Below, piece by piece: positions 1 to 14,140 of a stretch of 64,000 nucleotides of DNA (position 1 is its first letter; every line of letters starts with the position of its first letter). The stretch is taken from positions 1,526,696 through 1,590,695 of the forward strand of contig NW_003314276.1 of assembly GCF_000143415.4 (NCBI RefSeq), in the 5' to 3' direction. This stretch comes from Selaginella moellendorffii. Its lineage: Eukaryota; Plantae; Lycopodiophyta. A model generated the notes under the pieces. That model did no database searches. It was not told the DNA's origin and saw only the letters and a list, made by a program, of their open reading frames with translations. The position numbers were made by a program, and so were the translations under genes.

Positions 1-1
1 T

Positions 2-1171
2 CTGGGAGATGCCGTGGGAATGTTTGAGAAGATTCCAATGAGGGATATGGTACTGTGGAATGAGGTTGTCATGGTCTTCCTTGACGTGGGAATGGCGAAC
101 GAGGCCATCGAGCTCTTGGAGGCAATGCCGCAACGCGATACCGTCTCTTGGAACACGCGAACGAAGGCATTTGTGCAGATTGGAGATCTCGTAAATGCAA
201 AGAGGTCGTTTGATTCCACTCCAAAGCCGGATTTGGCATCATTTACTACAATGGTGGTGGCGTTTTCGCAGCAGGGGAAGCTCCGAAACGCGAGAGAGAT
301 GTTCGATCGGATGCCCTGTCGAGACACAGTGGCGTGGACGGCAATGGTCTCGGCTTATGCCCAAAACGGGCATGTCAACAGCGCGAGAAATCTGTTCCAT
401 GAGATGCCAGAGAAGAACCTGGTGTCGTGGAATGCAATGGTGGCGGCTTACGGACAGAACTGCGATGGAGCTACTGCAGTTCATCTGTTTAGATTGATGG
501 ATCTGGAGGGTATTCAAGTGGATTCTATAAGTTTGGTGAGTGCTTTGGATGGATGTTCTTCGAAGACAGCTCTGGCCGAAGGGAGAATTCTCCATGCTGC
601 TGCTGTGGAGCTGGGCTTTGATCAAGATACAACCGTTGCAAACTCGCTAGTTGCAATGTATGCGAGCTGTGGATGCCTTGGTGAAGCTCGCAAGTTGTTT
701 GATGGAATTCTAGCAAAGAATGTGGTGTCTTGGTCGACCATGGTCGCTGCTTACGCACAGAACAGCAAGACTCATGAAGCACTTCACTTGTTTAGAACTA
801 TCCCGCTTGAAGGAGTGATGCCGAACGAGGTGACTCTCACAATTGTCTTAAGCCTGTGTAGTCAAACTGGTAAATTACACGATGCAAGGGAGAACTTCAT
901 ACTTGTGACTGGAGATTTTGGAGTTGAGGCACGAATGGATCACTTCATGTGTATTGTGGATCTTATTGCGAGATCAGGGAGATTAGAAGTGGCAGAGGAG
1001 CTAATAAACAACATGCCATTTGAGGCAGATCCTTTGGCATGGAGGACACTGCTTAGTGCTTGTAGGAATCAAGAGAACTCAAAGCTTGGAGCCCAGATTG
1101 CCGGCCAAGCACTTAATCCAACAATGTCAGATTCAGCTTCTTATGTTCTCTTGTCGAATAGCTTCTGTTGA
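2..1171 (+). CDS. PLS-class pentatricopeptide repeat protein with E domain (5' end probably outside the window)
   Basis: Repeated PPR motifs (DTVSWN, NLVSWNAMVAAY, NVVSWSTM). E-domain end 'HFMCIVDLIARSGRLEVAEELINNMPFEADPLAWRTLLSAC...SASYVLLSN'. Frame is open from position 2. Confidence 0.95.
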   Translation: MGDAVGMFEKIPMRDMVLWNEVVMVFLDVGMANEAIELLEAMPQRDTVSWNTRTKAFVQIGDLVNAKRSFDSTPKPDLASFTTMVVAFSQQGKLRNAREMFDRMPCRDTVAWTAMVSAYAQNGHVNSARNLFHEMPEKNLVSWNAMVAAYGQNCDGATAVHLFRLMDLEGIQVDSISLVSALDGCSSKTALAEGRILHAAAVELGFDQDTTVANSLVAMYASCGCLGEARKLFDGILAKNVVSWSTMVAAYAQNSKTHEALHLFRTIPLEGVMPNEVTLTIVLSLCSQTGKLHDARENFILVTGDFGVEARMDHFMCIVDLIARSGRLEVAEELINNMPFEADPLAWRTLLSACRNQENSKLGAQIAGQALNPTMSDSASYVLLSNSFC

Positions 1172-1989
1172 TCCTTTAAAAAAAATTCAATTAACTATTA
1201 CTTTATTTAGTTTTTTCTTCTTTGACAAATAAAAACTTAAAATAAAATTACATTTGATTAAGTATATGATTTTAACTGTGAAAAATTGTTTTAGGTGTGT
1301 TTCTTAAAATGGTCAGTTGCATAGAGTACTTTCCTTCCAATAAATGTTAAAATTATATAATACTTCTTTTATATTTAATTTGTTTATTTAGAAATAATAA
1401 AAAATAAAATTAATAAAAGTAGTTGTGAGGTCCAAGTCAGAAAAAATGGATTAGGATGCTTATATTTCCTGTGAAGGCAGTAAAAATTCAAATTAAATAG
1501 GATGAGGGATTTGATTGTCTAAAAAGTATGTAGGTAGCTTATAAGAAAATCTACAAACCTTTACTCTCAATAGTATTATCCTAACAAAGGTTGTTATATT
1601 TTGTTAGAGGATATAAGAAAGATAAAAATTTCATTCTCAAATAATTCTAGAGCAAAAGGGTGTTAGTAGACAATGGACAATAAACAACTTTCAACATCTA
1701 TCTCAATCCAATCTTAACAAACAAGGAACTTCTTATTAACTTGCAATATAAACACTAACTAGATAAGGAATTGGCCATTGCTGAGAAAAGTAGGCTTTGA
1801 TAATAATGTTTATGAAAACAAAACTTTAATTGAAGGTAATTTACACTTTAACATAGACATCAGCCATGGATTGACTCTTTTCTTGCGGCTAAAGATCATG
1901 GCTGTTCAATTTATATGATCCCCAAATGCAAAAAACCTACAGGAATAAGTTCCGGAATGTCAAGTTTGTGAGGTGTGTAAAGGACAGGA

Positions 1990-2905
1990 TCAAAGGCTAA
2001 TGTTGTTTATGTGGAGTCTAAGGATGCATATAAATGGGATTTCAGCTAAGGATGCAACTATTGGGATTTATCCTTGTAGCAGTGCCGTGGGATAGGGTGA
2101 GGATACCAGCATGAATCAATTCCGGAGGCACAGTGCAATTCAATGCAATTGCTCCATTGGAAGTGATGGCACCTATCACATAAGCTTTTCTTTTGTGTTC
2201 TTGATAGCTTTGTTGGTTTCTCTGATATATCTTTCAGAGCAATCATAAGCATGAACATGAGAGGCCAGATTCCTCTGGAGATCAGAAACTTTCCCTACAT
2301 GAATGATTTGTAAGGAGGAAGGATCTTGCATCAAGCCTTGCTAATGCTTCTTTTGACAGGAATTTCCAAGCCAACCTGATAACTAGTGTGATCCCAGATG
2401 AGATTGGTTTATTCTTCAACATGGAACATTTGTAAGTATTCGCAGAAGTTTCTACGTTTCTGTCTCTTTTTTACCTTTGCCATGTAGAAATGTTGCATCA
2501 AATAGACTATTGGGGCCTATGAGAAATCTTACTCAACTGTTGACTTTGTAAGTCAAATTTAAGATATTCTAATAATTTCCTTTTCAAGAGTCTTGCTGTC
2601 AACAATTTTTCAGGATCTCTTCCGCAGGAAATTGGTAACCTGTCTTCACTAAGTAAGCTGTAAGTTCTTGCATTCATTTTCATGTTGACCACCAACTTGA
2701 TTAGAACTGAAGGTACTTGGACTCTACTGGTCTAGGCGGGAAGCTCCCACCAGCCTTGAGAAATTTCTGAAGGCTCCAGACATTGTAAGCTTCTTAAGTC
2801 AGTGTGATTTTTACTTGTTTTCTTGGAACCAGAAATATTTTTGACAACTTCAATGGCTCAATACTGAGCTTCCCTACAAATATATCTAGTTTCCAAGTTT
2901 TTTAA
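1990..2905 (+). pseudogene. 5' LRR exons of an LRR-VIII-2 (LRR-malectin) receptor kinase, degenerate
   Basis: Short LRR exons separated by GT-AG introns: 'MNMRGQIPLEIRNFPYMNDL', 'NLITSVIPDEIGLFFNMEHL', 'SLAVNNFSGSLPQEIGNLSSLSKL', 'YLDSTGLGGKLPPALRNF*RLQTL'. In-frame stop present. Boundaries approximate. Confidence 0.75.
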
Positions 2906-2929
2906 GTGCAATAAATTTATTCTTACAAG

Positions 2930-5900
2930 TTTATGTGAATGTGGCTGCTTTGACATAGTTAGATGTTGTAAATCTTTATTGGTAGGGTGTGGCATTTATA
3001 TTGCATTTTGTTAAATTAAATTGGCACTTGATATTCACATAAACATTTGTATTAATGACATGGGTATTGCTTATGGTATTGTTTAATTGATGATCAAGTC
3101 ATTGTGATCATATCCATATGATTATGAGTAATGTGTTTACGAAGTTACTTAGTCAAATAATAATCAACTCTAAAGTGGTTGATAGTGAAGTTAATTTACT
3201 TGTAAGTAGTAACTTTGAAATAGCTTTGACTTGTTTCTCAATAGTGATCCATTATGTTAAGTTTAAGTTGGTATTTTAGTTCCTTTAGTTCCTTGAGGGT
3301 TTGCTTAATTAAGGTTTTGGAAAAGGTTATAACATTCATTTGCTATAATTTGTTAGTTGATCTGTTAGCACTTAGAGTAGAATATTGGATAGAGAAAGTG
3401 TGTAATTGAGACATTAACATTGCTAACACTTTTGTTAATGGAAGTGGCATTATTATGTTAAGTAATAAGGAGTTGTCTTTATAGCTTGATTTTCATTTTT
3501 TTTTGTTAATATTTCAATATTATATTTGAGCTTGAAGATGATTGAAGAAGAGTGTAAATGTAGTATAGATATCTAAAAATGTGGTATTTATGATCAAGTT
3601 TTTGAGTATTCATTAGCATTTGCAGATGTTCTTATAAAATATCAAATATGTCATGAGATTTTATATTAAAGTGAACTTATATGAAGTTGTAGGTAAAAGG
3701 AAGTTGGTTGAGTCAATTTACATTCCTAGAAAAAGAGTTATTCTTTTTCTAGGATGGAAAATTGTTTTAGACTTTTCTAATGGCAGATCTATTAATCATT
3801 TTGCTCAAAAACCATTTCATTTTCGTGAGCCATTGCAAGCTAGAAAAAGGGTTAGCATTGACTTAGGCATAATCTAGCTCTTGATTACATGCCTATCCTT
3901 GCTCTGCATTTGGCTTAAGTTTAAGCCCAAGCTCTATACCATGCTAATTGATAGAATATCCTCATATTAGGCTACTAATATGCTGAAATAATGCTAAACT
4001 CCATTTAATTCTATTTTATGTGCTAAATGCTTTAAGATTGTTCCTATATTGTTGTATGCTCCTATCTTTCATTCTTTGGGTTGTATACTTGAGAGTTGTT
4101 TCATGCTCCACTTCTTTCGCTCTTTGGCTCTATACTTAAGAGTTTGGCTCATCCCTTTATACAGTGGCTTAAGGCCTTGAAACTTGAGTTCCACTCCACT
4201 ATTGTTAAACATATGACATATAGTATATAGCAAATAAAGGGTTTAGGTTCTTCTTCATGATGGTAAATTACCATAGGATAAAGAGTGAAAACTACATATA
4301 CTATAGAAACCTTGCTATTGCTCCTTAAGTAGCTTGGTGTTAAATTAATTTTGAGTTTAGTAAAAAAGAGAGTAGCATGAGTTTGTCTATGTTGTGAATA
4401 AAGTTGGTGGTATTAGGTGTTGTAAATCTTTATTAGTGGGGTGTGACATTTATATTGCATTTTATTGAATCAAGATAGCACTTGATACTAAACCTTTATA
4501 TTAGTGGCATAGGCATTATTTAGTATTTTTTTATTGATGATCAAGTCATTATTCTTTCTATATCATATCCTTGTGATCATCAATAATTTGGTTACGAAGT
4601 TGCTTGATCAAACGATGATTAACCCCAAAATGGTTGATGGTGAAGCTAATCTACTTATAAGTAGTAGCATTATTGACTATGTTCTCAAAGATGATTCATT
4701 ATGCTAAGTTAATAATGGTATCTTGGTACCTTGAGAGTTTGCCCATTAATGTTTTGGAAAGGGTTGTAACATTTATTTGGTTTAGCTTATTGGTTTATCC
4801 ATTCACACTTCGAATAGATCATTGGATAGAGAAGATAGGTATTTTTGAGACATTGACATTATTAGTATTTGTGTTAGTGGAAGTGGTTTTTTATATTGAG
4901 TGATAAGGAGTTTTCCTTAGAACTTAATTTTTCATGTCATTTCTTTGCTAATATTTTGTCTTCATATTAGATCTTGAAGATGATTGAAAAAGAGTGTAAG
5001 TGCAATTTGGATATCAAAAGATATAGTCTTTGTGATCAAGTCTTGGGTATTCATTTATATTTATGGATATTATAATCAGATATATAAGCATGATTTTCAA
5101 ACACTTATGCATTTTGTTAGGTCATGAGAATTTGTGTTGAAGTGAATCTATATAAAGTTGTAGATATGAGGAAGTTGGTTAAGTCTTAAGAATTTGTATT
5201 TTTCTCTAGAATAAAACATTTTTGCAAATTTTCTTAGACTTTTTCAATAGCTGATCTATTGATCATTTTACCTTAAATAATCTATTTTTGTTAGCTATTG
5301 CAAACTAATGAAAGGGTTAGAGTTGACTTTAGTTAGCTTGAACCATGCTTTATTTCGTTAAAGTGGAACTTATTTAGTAAAGTGGGACATTAATTAGCAT
5401 GTGTCCACATGCCATTTCCTAGTACTTAATTAATATTTATTAATATTTCTATCAGTTTTTTAATTTATTTTTTATATTTCACAATATTATAACACAAAAT
5501 CATATGAAAATTTTTTAATTTATAAATTATAAAGCTAAAACTTCAATTTTTTATTGTTGTTATAAAAATGGCATGTGGCCACACACCATAAGTGGGATAA
5601 TGAAAAATTCCACTTTAACGAAATAAAGCATAACCATAGTAAGTAGTTTCTATGATACAACCCAAAAGGCATATTGACTTTTGGGGTTTAAGTAATTGAG
5701 TTGGATAGAGTTTAAATTTGGCCTTTTATATTTGAACCTTTATGGATTGTCTATTAAATTGTTCTATTTAGTTTTTTATGATCAATTACGCTTCCTTACA
5801 AATTTATACCCTTGTGAACGGAAACTAACAGTTATTGCTTTCCTGAAAACCCACTCTCTTGACACTCTATTCCTTGGGTTAAGCCTAGCCAGAGGTAAAT

Positions 5901-6380
5901 TAAACTTATCAGATATCAATTTCAATATGTGGTATGATTTCCCTAGCCAATCAATAAAGTTGGACCTGAGACTTTTTTGAAATGTAAGCTCCTAAATTTA
6001 GACTTTTTGGGAGGTCACTTAACTTAATATTACTTAAACCCAAATATCCCAAAACCTTTAACCATTTGGAAAAGGAAGTGCACTTTTATTTATGGGCCCT
6101 CTCATTATATTTGAACTTTTATGGATTATCTCTTAAGTTTTTCCTTTTGATTGCTTACACTCAACTATAAATAATTAAGTTGAACATCAACATCATCAAC
6201 TAAGGTATAGAGCCACAAAAACCAAATTAAGATCAATGAAAGCTCATTACTTTCATAGAATCTAATAAAATACAAGGTGTAACCTACCACCAAACATAAT
6301 GTTACCAAGAAAAGGCGTAAGGGTCACCTTTCTAAAAAAGTGCAATAGCCACTTTTATTTAAAAAAGGGTCCGTGAATAA
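2930..6380 (+). mobile_element. Degenerate fragments (internal region and LTR pieces) of the LTR family seen at 26420-46882
   Basis: 2960-3860 and 4310-5750 align by eye to the reverse complement of ~43750-44915. 3880-4300 resembles LTR pieces. Confidence 0.75.
5345..5631. mobile_element. 287-bp MITE related to the 13.2-kb Sola-like transposon
   Basis: TIR ATGCTTTATTTCGTTAAAGTGGAA ... TTCCACTTTAACGAAATAAAGCAT. TSD AACC at 5341-5344 and 5632-5635. The homologous retroelement site at ~43830-43860 is uninterrupted. Confidence 0.92.
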
Positions 6381-6423
6381 AAATGCACCCCCTTTTTTAA
6401 ATAGTTAAAAGTCTTAGGATACT

Positions 6424-9400
6424 ATGAGATACAAATCCCTAAGCACCAAAAAGAGTTGAAAGTGTGCCACATGACAATGATCGTAATGAGCATAATATAT
6501 TTGGACCAAAAGCTCTAACTCGGAAAGTCGAGAGCAAGAGTGAAACTCCAAATAAAGTGCTCAAGAAATAAGCATGAAGCGATTGATGAATGAATCTCTA
6601 GAAAGGGACACAAAAAGGATTAACACATGATAAGTGTTGTAACACATGGAAGCATCAGGACCGAATCCAAAATGGAGTTTAAGATAGAGTCTGAAAAGGA
6701 GTCCAAAAAGGAGTGGGGTTAAACTCTAGCGGAACCAATTTGGCTAAAAAAGGCCAATGTGACCTAAGAAGGTTATACCTATATGGTGGGTGATGATATA
6801 ACCATTAAGGAGTCTAAGGCTAAAATGAATATGGATGGACAAACAATATAAGTTGGTGAAGTGCTTAAGAGCTAACATTAGCTCCCTTAGAAAATCAAAT
6901 GGTTGATGCTCCCAATCCAAGTATGGGTGGCACTATCTACTTGGATACCTGGTGTGGCTCATTAAAACCTTGCTCTAGCTACATCTCTAGGGCACTTAAA
7001 GGCGAAAGATGGGGGGAGTACCCATGAGGTTAGCATTGGGTTGTAGTGTTTCAAAAAGTCATCCCAAAGTCCTGAACTGTGAAAAGGAAGAGAAGTAATC
7101 CACTTGTGTAGTGACTAAAGATATGGTCACGTGGTGAAGAATTTCCGGAGGTTAATGGGATTTAGTGGTCAAGCCTTTGAACCCTAACACAATGGCAGTG
7201 TTAGTGAGCACTACTATGAACAGAGAGGGATTTGATGAGGACCGAAGAAAGGATATTGGGGAAAAGTGCTCCTCATCTCTCCGAGCACCCTAAGGATGTT
7301 AAGGTGTGGTCATGAGATGACCACTTATGGACAAATGGCCTAGTTTTTAGGAGATAGAACTGTGGTATGGGTGGTCTTGGACAACTAATGAAACAAAGAT
7401 GAAGGGATAGATATGTTAGTGGTACCTTTGGGTGTTTATCATGAGATTGGACATGTGAAGCACTTGGACCAAATGCAAAAATAGAGTGACAAAGAGGGTA
7501 TTCATAGGGCTAATAAGGTTAGGAGTAGGACTTGAAAAAATTGTGAGTGAAATTCCTCCAAGTGGTCAAAAAAATGGTTAAATGAATGGAAAATTTAATT
7601 GCTTACAACTTAGTATCGGAATTGTTCTTTAATCCAACTCTTATTGGTAATCAAGTATATTACCACTTGATATTATTATCGGAAGGTCTCAAAAGTGGGT
7701 CTATCCTCAAGGAGTAGCATGTCGAGAGGGCATGACTCTCCAGTTGACTTTATATTATATATTATATATGTGAACGTGTAGGCAATATGGTGGATAGAAA
7801 AGGGGCTAATAAAGGAACGACTTTGAGATCTTTGAAACAATAAAAAGTTTTCCTTAGAGTGTGATTCATATAAATATTTGACTTTACAAATTAGTTAATA
7901 TGGTTATGGTAAATAACTATAATTGGGATCACAAGAAAAATAAAGACTTTAAGATAATAAAAGAGATGCAAGATTATCCTTATATGGTTGAAGATGGTGC
8001 TTATGAATTTGAGACTAGAATTAATGACCTTAGGAAGTCAAATACAAATAAGGAAATGGTAGTTAAGATTACTTTTAATAAAGGCTAAAACAACCTAAGG
8101 AGTTTTGGGGGTGTGCTTAAAAGATGAGGTGGTCCTTATGAATATAACATAAGTTATATTCAAGTGTGGTGGCACTTCAAAAATAGCTATGAGGCTAGGA
8201 GTTTATAGGTTGTCAGATTAGTAAAATTGAAAAGCTGGATGACTCAGTACAATCAAAGAATGGTCCTAAAGGATTAGTAGAAATACATTTGGATCGATGT
8301 GTGTTATACCTTACAAAGGATTGGGGGATCATAAGATTTAAGTATGAGAATAATAGGTATCTCATAGATGGTAAAATGTGCCATACTAAAGTTGTGGAAA
8401 GGTGTTTATAGAAAAAAAAAAAAAACAATTTGGCAAAAAATTATGTATAAATACTATAGTGTAGTGTTAATTGATAGTTGGTATAAAAAATGACTATTAT
8501 GGTATTGACAAGATCTAGACATAAATGGGAAGTATTATGAGGGTAGGTTTATAAAGTTGATAGTGTGGAAACACTAAATGTTTCAAGGAATGAGGCTTTG
8601 AAGTTAAGTTGGTTAATTCATAAGATCCTTTGCTAAAGGAATCCTAATGGCATAGCTTAAGCTTAAATGCATGCAATTTAAGTGCATTGACCCAAACAAT
8701 GATGGAGGTGTGGAAGCATCAGCAATGAGTTGTAGAACTTGACGACTATGAAGCAACTAAATAAAAGGTGTGGAATAATTAATTGAATTGGTGGAAGTTC
8801 AAAACTTTGTGAAATAAAAAAGAGGTTAAATATATCCCTTGGGGGATAAATTGCTTATATTATGATATAGTGAGTTAATGTTATAAAAAAAATGTTCATT
8901 ATCAAAGAAGTCTATCATTAGGACACCTAAGCACTCTAAACATTCAAAAAGTGGTATTTGGTATCACGAGGGCATTAAATAAAGGGACTAAAACTCTAAA
9001 GAATAATGAATAAAATGTGCTATTTAAATGTCCAAAGTTGCAAAAAACTAAAGATGGAAGGAGTCTGTCTATCTGAATTTGACAAAGCCAAAAAGATTTT
9101 GGTATAGCTAACAACAGATATACAGAGGCTCATGAGTAGCAACATTAATTCTAGTGTGTGGGATTATAAAGTGAACATATTTAGATTAAGGAACTACTCC
9201 CTAAGCTATCAAGTAGATTCATCCTTAAGAATATTTGCTAATACATGGTAGAAAGTGCAAAGTTACCTTCTTAGCCTAGAGGAGAATAACCAAAAATAAT
9301 ATATAAGGCCAAAAGTAAATAATAAAAAGATTGCCTTATGGCAAGTTTCAAGATTATGCTTCTGTTATGCCACTTTGATTTTACACATTTATATGAACCA

Positions 9401-12400
9401 TTTACACATGTCTTTTTAAGTACTCACCTACTTAAAATTGTTTTTAAGAACATTGAAGGGACTCTATCTCTTACTTTGTTAAAACATCTCCTTTTGCAAG
9501 CTTTTAACTGTCATATAGTATAATATGGGCAATTCTATACTTTAGACTCTCCATGGCATCATGGTTGTTAATAGTAACTTTGAGCACCACTTGATCCTTC
9601 AGTCATAACTTATATAACCACCCTTGGCTATGCCTTTTGATTCCTATAATTTAATTATGAGGTTATTAAGGTTGGTGAAATACTTCCCAAATGTTCAAAG
9701 AAATGACTTTGAACAAGAGTCGATATTTAAGGACTTTTATACTTATACAACGAACCGTATTACATTGGTTAGATGACTTGCTAAGCGAGGTTGGCAAGTT
9801 GAAGGAACAAAGACCCTATTTGAAGATAATGATTTCAAGAGGGTGGCTTATGTGCTTATGCATAGAGGAGTCCATGCATGATTATAAGCTAGTCAACTAA
9901 CTTGTCAAGTGAGAAGACTTGGAAGCTTGAAGTAACTAAGTTCCTAAATTGTGATTTATAGAGTGCATTAAATATAAATTGGTGCACCAGTGTGGGGAGT
10001 CATACCAAACATTCTAGGTGATACCATTTTGTAAATGAATATATGGAAGTTGGGTTTGAGTCTGAACCCTATAGAGCTTGGGTTCGATAAACATATATAT
10101 ATATACATAACTCACGTCCCACCGAACTCACATGTTCCATCTATGTCGTCTTGCACTCCAAGTTGGACCAATGGCTAGACCTCTAGCTCTCTCAAACCAA
10201 TGGAGGATATCCTCGCTCTAAGCCTTGAACTCTAGAATGTCTCTTAATTCCTATGTCACCTTGAAGATCTAGGGCTATACCTCTCTCGCCACATCACATT
10301 CCCATAGTGCATGTCGCACTATCTCTAGCTCACCATACTCCTTGCATCGTTGGCATGCTTCCTCTTGGAATCGCTATCCTACTAGCAGCCCGTTATGGCC
10401 TTGACTTTCTCCTGTACCGGTAATTTCCAGAATGCAAGCATGTTGTCCACCACTTGATTTGCTTCAACTCCTTGCTCGATCCATTTCTTCCAGAGCTTGG
10501 GGATCTCCCCTCGAGCCTCCTCCCTGCTGGTCAAGAGACCATCCCGTGCTTCCTTGACTTCAAACTAGAAGAAGCTCCTCACTCCTAATTTCCATATTGT
10601 TGGGTCCCAATCTAGATTTTCGATGAGCTGCTGTCGCCACCATTTGAGAATGCCATCCCCCTCTAGTGTGGCCATCGATTGAACCACTACCAACTGCTTT
10701 AGAGCATGTTGTACTACTCGAATCCTGCCCTTGACTTCATCAACTGTCACTATCGGCATGACCTGTTCATCTCTTGCTGGCAGCAGCATATCACCTCTCG
10801 TAACTTGAAAAGGACACCTGACATTTTGTTTGGGAGATACAACAAACCACACCTCCACATCGCCATTCTCCCAAGCTGGTGTTGGGGCTGTAAATGCCCG
10901 TGTCCAGGTCCCCAAGCTGACTTGTTCCCCATCTAGCTCCATGTCCCATTGCAGAGCCACAAAATCTCCAGGTTTGAGACAGTGTCTAGGCTAAAGATGC
11001 CCCTTCTTCACCTCACTCACCACTTTGATGATGCAAAGAAGATCAAGGTGGACTTTCCTCCACTGTCCTGGGTTAAAGACTTGCATATGCCTTGTAGTCT
11101 TCCTCCTATCCTTGTCCAGAACTCCCACTAGTTGCTTAAGAGTTCGGAAGCCTTCACCATGCAGTTTTCTCCAGATTGTGTAATGATCTTCCCTACCTAG
11201 TGTCTTGTCGTCCACTTTGAAGAGGTCATTCAAGAATAGGGGCTGGTTCAACCAGTCCTCCGCTCACCTCGGCATTTTCCTATTGACTGGAAACTCACTC
11301 CACAACTTGAGAATCCCTTGAACTAGCATGTCGCCCTTGACTACTTGCTTTAGCCTTTAAAAAAAAATCCAACATGAATCCTCCTCCCACAGTCTTGTAG
11401 CATTGTGCTTAGGCTGGATTGCCAACAAACTTTGCCTGAACATGAGTCTCCAAGGTTGGTTACCTAGTTGAAGGCCCATAAGGAGGATTTTGTATTATAG
11501 TGCCTTTGCCATGTCGGTTAGATCAATAACTCCAAGTCCTCCCAAGACTCGTGGATGTGCTATGGATTGCCATGCGACCTTGGCCATGATCCTCCTTGTG
11601 ACAAGCGCGCCCTGCCACACATACTTACGAACCATCATGTGTACCTTTCTGAGAGTGTTCAAGGACAAACCAGACTGAGAGGTGGTACCAAATGTTGGGC
11701 AGGATGGTGCTTCTAGCTACAACTACTCTCACTGGCAAACCAAGTTTCCAAGGAGCCCACTTCTAGATTGATGTTCATATCCTTCGGAGTAAGGTGTCAT
11801 CCTGAAGTGCTATACTGAACCGAGTACCAACCTAAATCCCCAAGTACCTGGTGTCCTCTCCTGGTTTGAGCCACTAGAAGCTGATGTCTTGACCCCAAGA
11901 CTTGATACCTGGCTACCCCCAATTTATATCCACTAATTTGTTCTAGTCAATTGCTGCACCAACTACGAGGTTGAAAGTCTCCAATGCCTTCTTAGCTGCA
12001 TCCAGATTCTCCTTGGTCACGAGTAAGAACAAGCTGTATCATCTACAAATGCTCCGTTTAGAAGTTCTCGAGCCATCCTTGCCATTCTCGGAAGTTGTTG
12101 TCTTGCAGCTGACAAGGTGAGTCCTTTGATGCGCCCACCTTCCACTAGAAACGTGCACAATTAGAAAGAGATAGGGCACCAGTGGATACCCTTGGCATAT
12201 CAAGTGTCCTAGTTGAAAACTCAATCCTGTCTCACCGTTGATTGTGACTCTTCTTGTAGCTCCACAGTACAGTAATTAAATCATAGCAACCATATCTCTT
12301 AGAATGCCAATCGTATGCATACACTCCTCCAAGAACCTCTAGTCCACACAATCATAGGCCTTCTCGAAATTTAATAACCACGCTACAGTTGAGTTTGAGT

Positions 12401-14140
12401 TCGCTTAGGTTTGAGTCCCAACCTACTAAGGTGTGATGATAGTTTGGAATATAAGGACACTCATTTTTTCATAGACTCTTAGTAAGGAGATTGGCTTGGG
12501 CACACCACCAAGCAGGGATGCCCTAGAGTCATGATACACAATTAGTGTACTTAGTTTAAAAGATTAGCATATCTAATTTAAATACTCTAGTGTAGGTAGC
12601 ATCAAGGACATGATGAATGAAATGGGGATACCCAATCTTTGTTGCTATGGACCATTAGTTATAAGTATTAGCTTGGGTGCACTACCAAGTGTGGAAGATG
12701 CATAGTCAATAATTTAAAAGTCTAGTAGACCTAATATCTATTGATAGACATGTTAATATGTCTATGTGAGGTCACTAAATGACCCTATGGCTAAATAAAG
12801 ATAAGCTTTTTGTTACTTTAAGGAATAAGTTTTTTAGTTCAAAGCATTGATTTGAATTACTGGTAATAATGTGATTTGGTTAAAGTGACTAAATAGGAAA
12901 GACACCTAGGTGAAATAAGCTGTCATAATATAATAGTATTATAAGTTTAATAAAATAGTCTTTAAAGAAGAACCTATAGGAAGGTTGGGCTGTAGATAAA
13001 ACCCTCAAATAGAAAATGCTAAAGAAACTTATTAAAGGTGAACACCCTCTAGACTCAGCAAAACAGAGCTTTTGTTATAGAATTGAAAGGATATCTAAAG
13101 GATGGAGGTAGTGATACAATATTGTTTGGTGCAACAATCAAAAGATAAGAGCAAAATATTAATGGCCTAGAATAGGCCATAAAAATTATTGGAAGGAATC
13201 CAAATAATAAATTAAGCGAAGAACACCCATGTGATAGATGCTAACAAATTATGGAAAAGGAAATATGTTTCCAAAGATGGATTTCCTAAATAATCCAATG
13301 TGAAAAGCTCTTAGAGATGGAGCAACAAAGTAGCCAAATAATAGGGCCATAAACAGCCCTAACACAAATTATGGACAAATAAAATTTAATGCCTAAGATG
13401 GTAAAAAATAAAAGAGAAAATGATAGTGCCCTCAAGTAAAAGACTTCCTATGGTGAGAAAATGGAGTTTGCACAACATGTGCAATGCAAGGTGTTAAAAA
13501 CACCAAAAAAATTGACTTCAGAAGTTAATATCAAAGTTCTAAAGTATAATGGTTACGCTGATAGAGGTTAAGACTACTCTGAAATGAATAATAAGATTGA
13601 GATAAAAAAAAGTCTTTTTAACATGTTTAACGAGAACTAAATGAACAAAGGGAGAGAACCACCACATGTGGTTTAATGAAATTTTAAGTTGGAGAGACTA
13701 TACTCCTTAGAGGATGGGCAAAGCATGATGAGCCTTCAGTGTTGAATTATTAAGGAATTTAAAGATGAAAATAGTAATCCATGATAGAGTTACTTTATAA
13801 AATGGTTTATCATTCGATGAGAATATCGAACTTCATCTATAAGTGGTGGAGTTGTGAGATGCAAATCCCTAAGCCCTAAAGAAGAGTTGAAAGTGTGTCA
13901 CGTGGAATTGGTTAAAGCGGAAGTCTAATGAGTGTAATACATTTGAACTAAAAGTTCTGACTCGAAAAGTAAAAAATGGGAGTGGAACTTTGAACAAAGT
14001 GCTCGAGAAATGAACATGAAGCAATTGATGAATGAATCTCTAGAAAAGGACATAAAAAAGACTGACATATGGCAAGTGTCATAACATATGGAAGTGTCCA
14101 AAATAGAATATGAGATGAAGTTTGAAATGGAGTCCAAATG
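6424..14140 (+). mobile_element. Old degenerate LTR retrotransposon (5' LTR ~6424-7607; truncated 3' LTR from 13853), same family as the solo LTR at 21083-22756
   Basis: 6424-7607 and 13853-14140 match the reverse complement of 21083-22756. The LTR end GCTTACA is followed by a decayed PBS-like TAGTATCGGA. A purine-rich tract precedes 13853. No intact ORF. Confidence 0.65.
10090..12400 (-). mobile_element. 5'-truncated, degenerate L1-like LINE nested in the LTR element
   Basis: Minus-strand RT motifs 'NFEKAYDCVD' (~12345-12375) and 'QGYPLVPYLFLIV' (~12160-12200), broken downstream ORF pieces, and a (TA)n tract at the 3' end (~10092). Confidence 0.8.
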
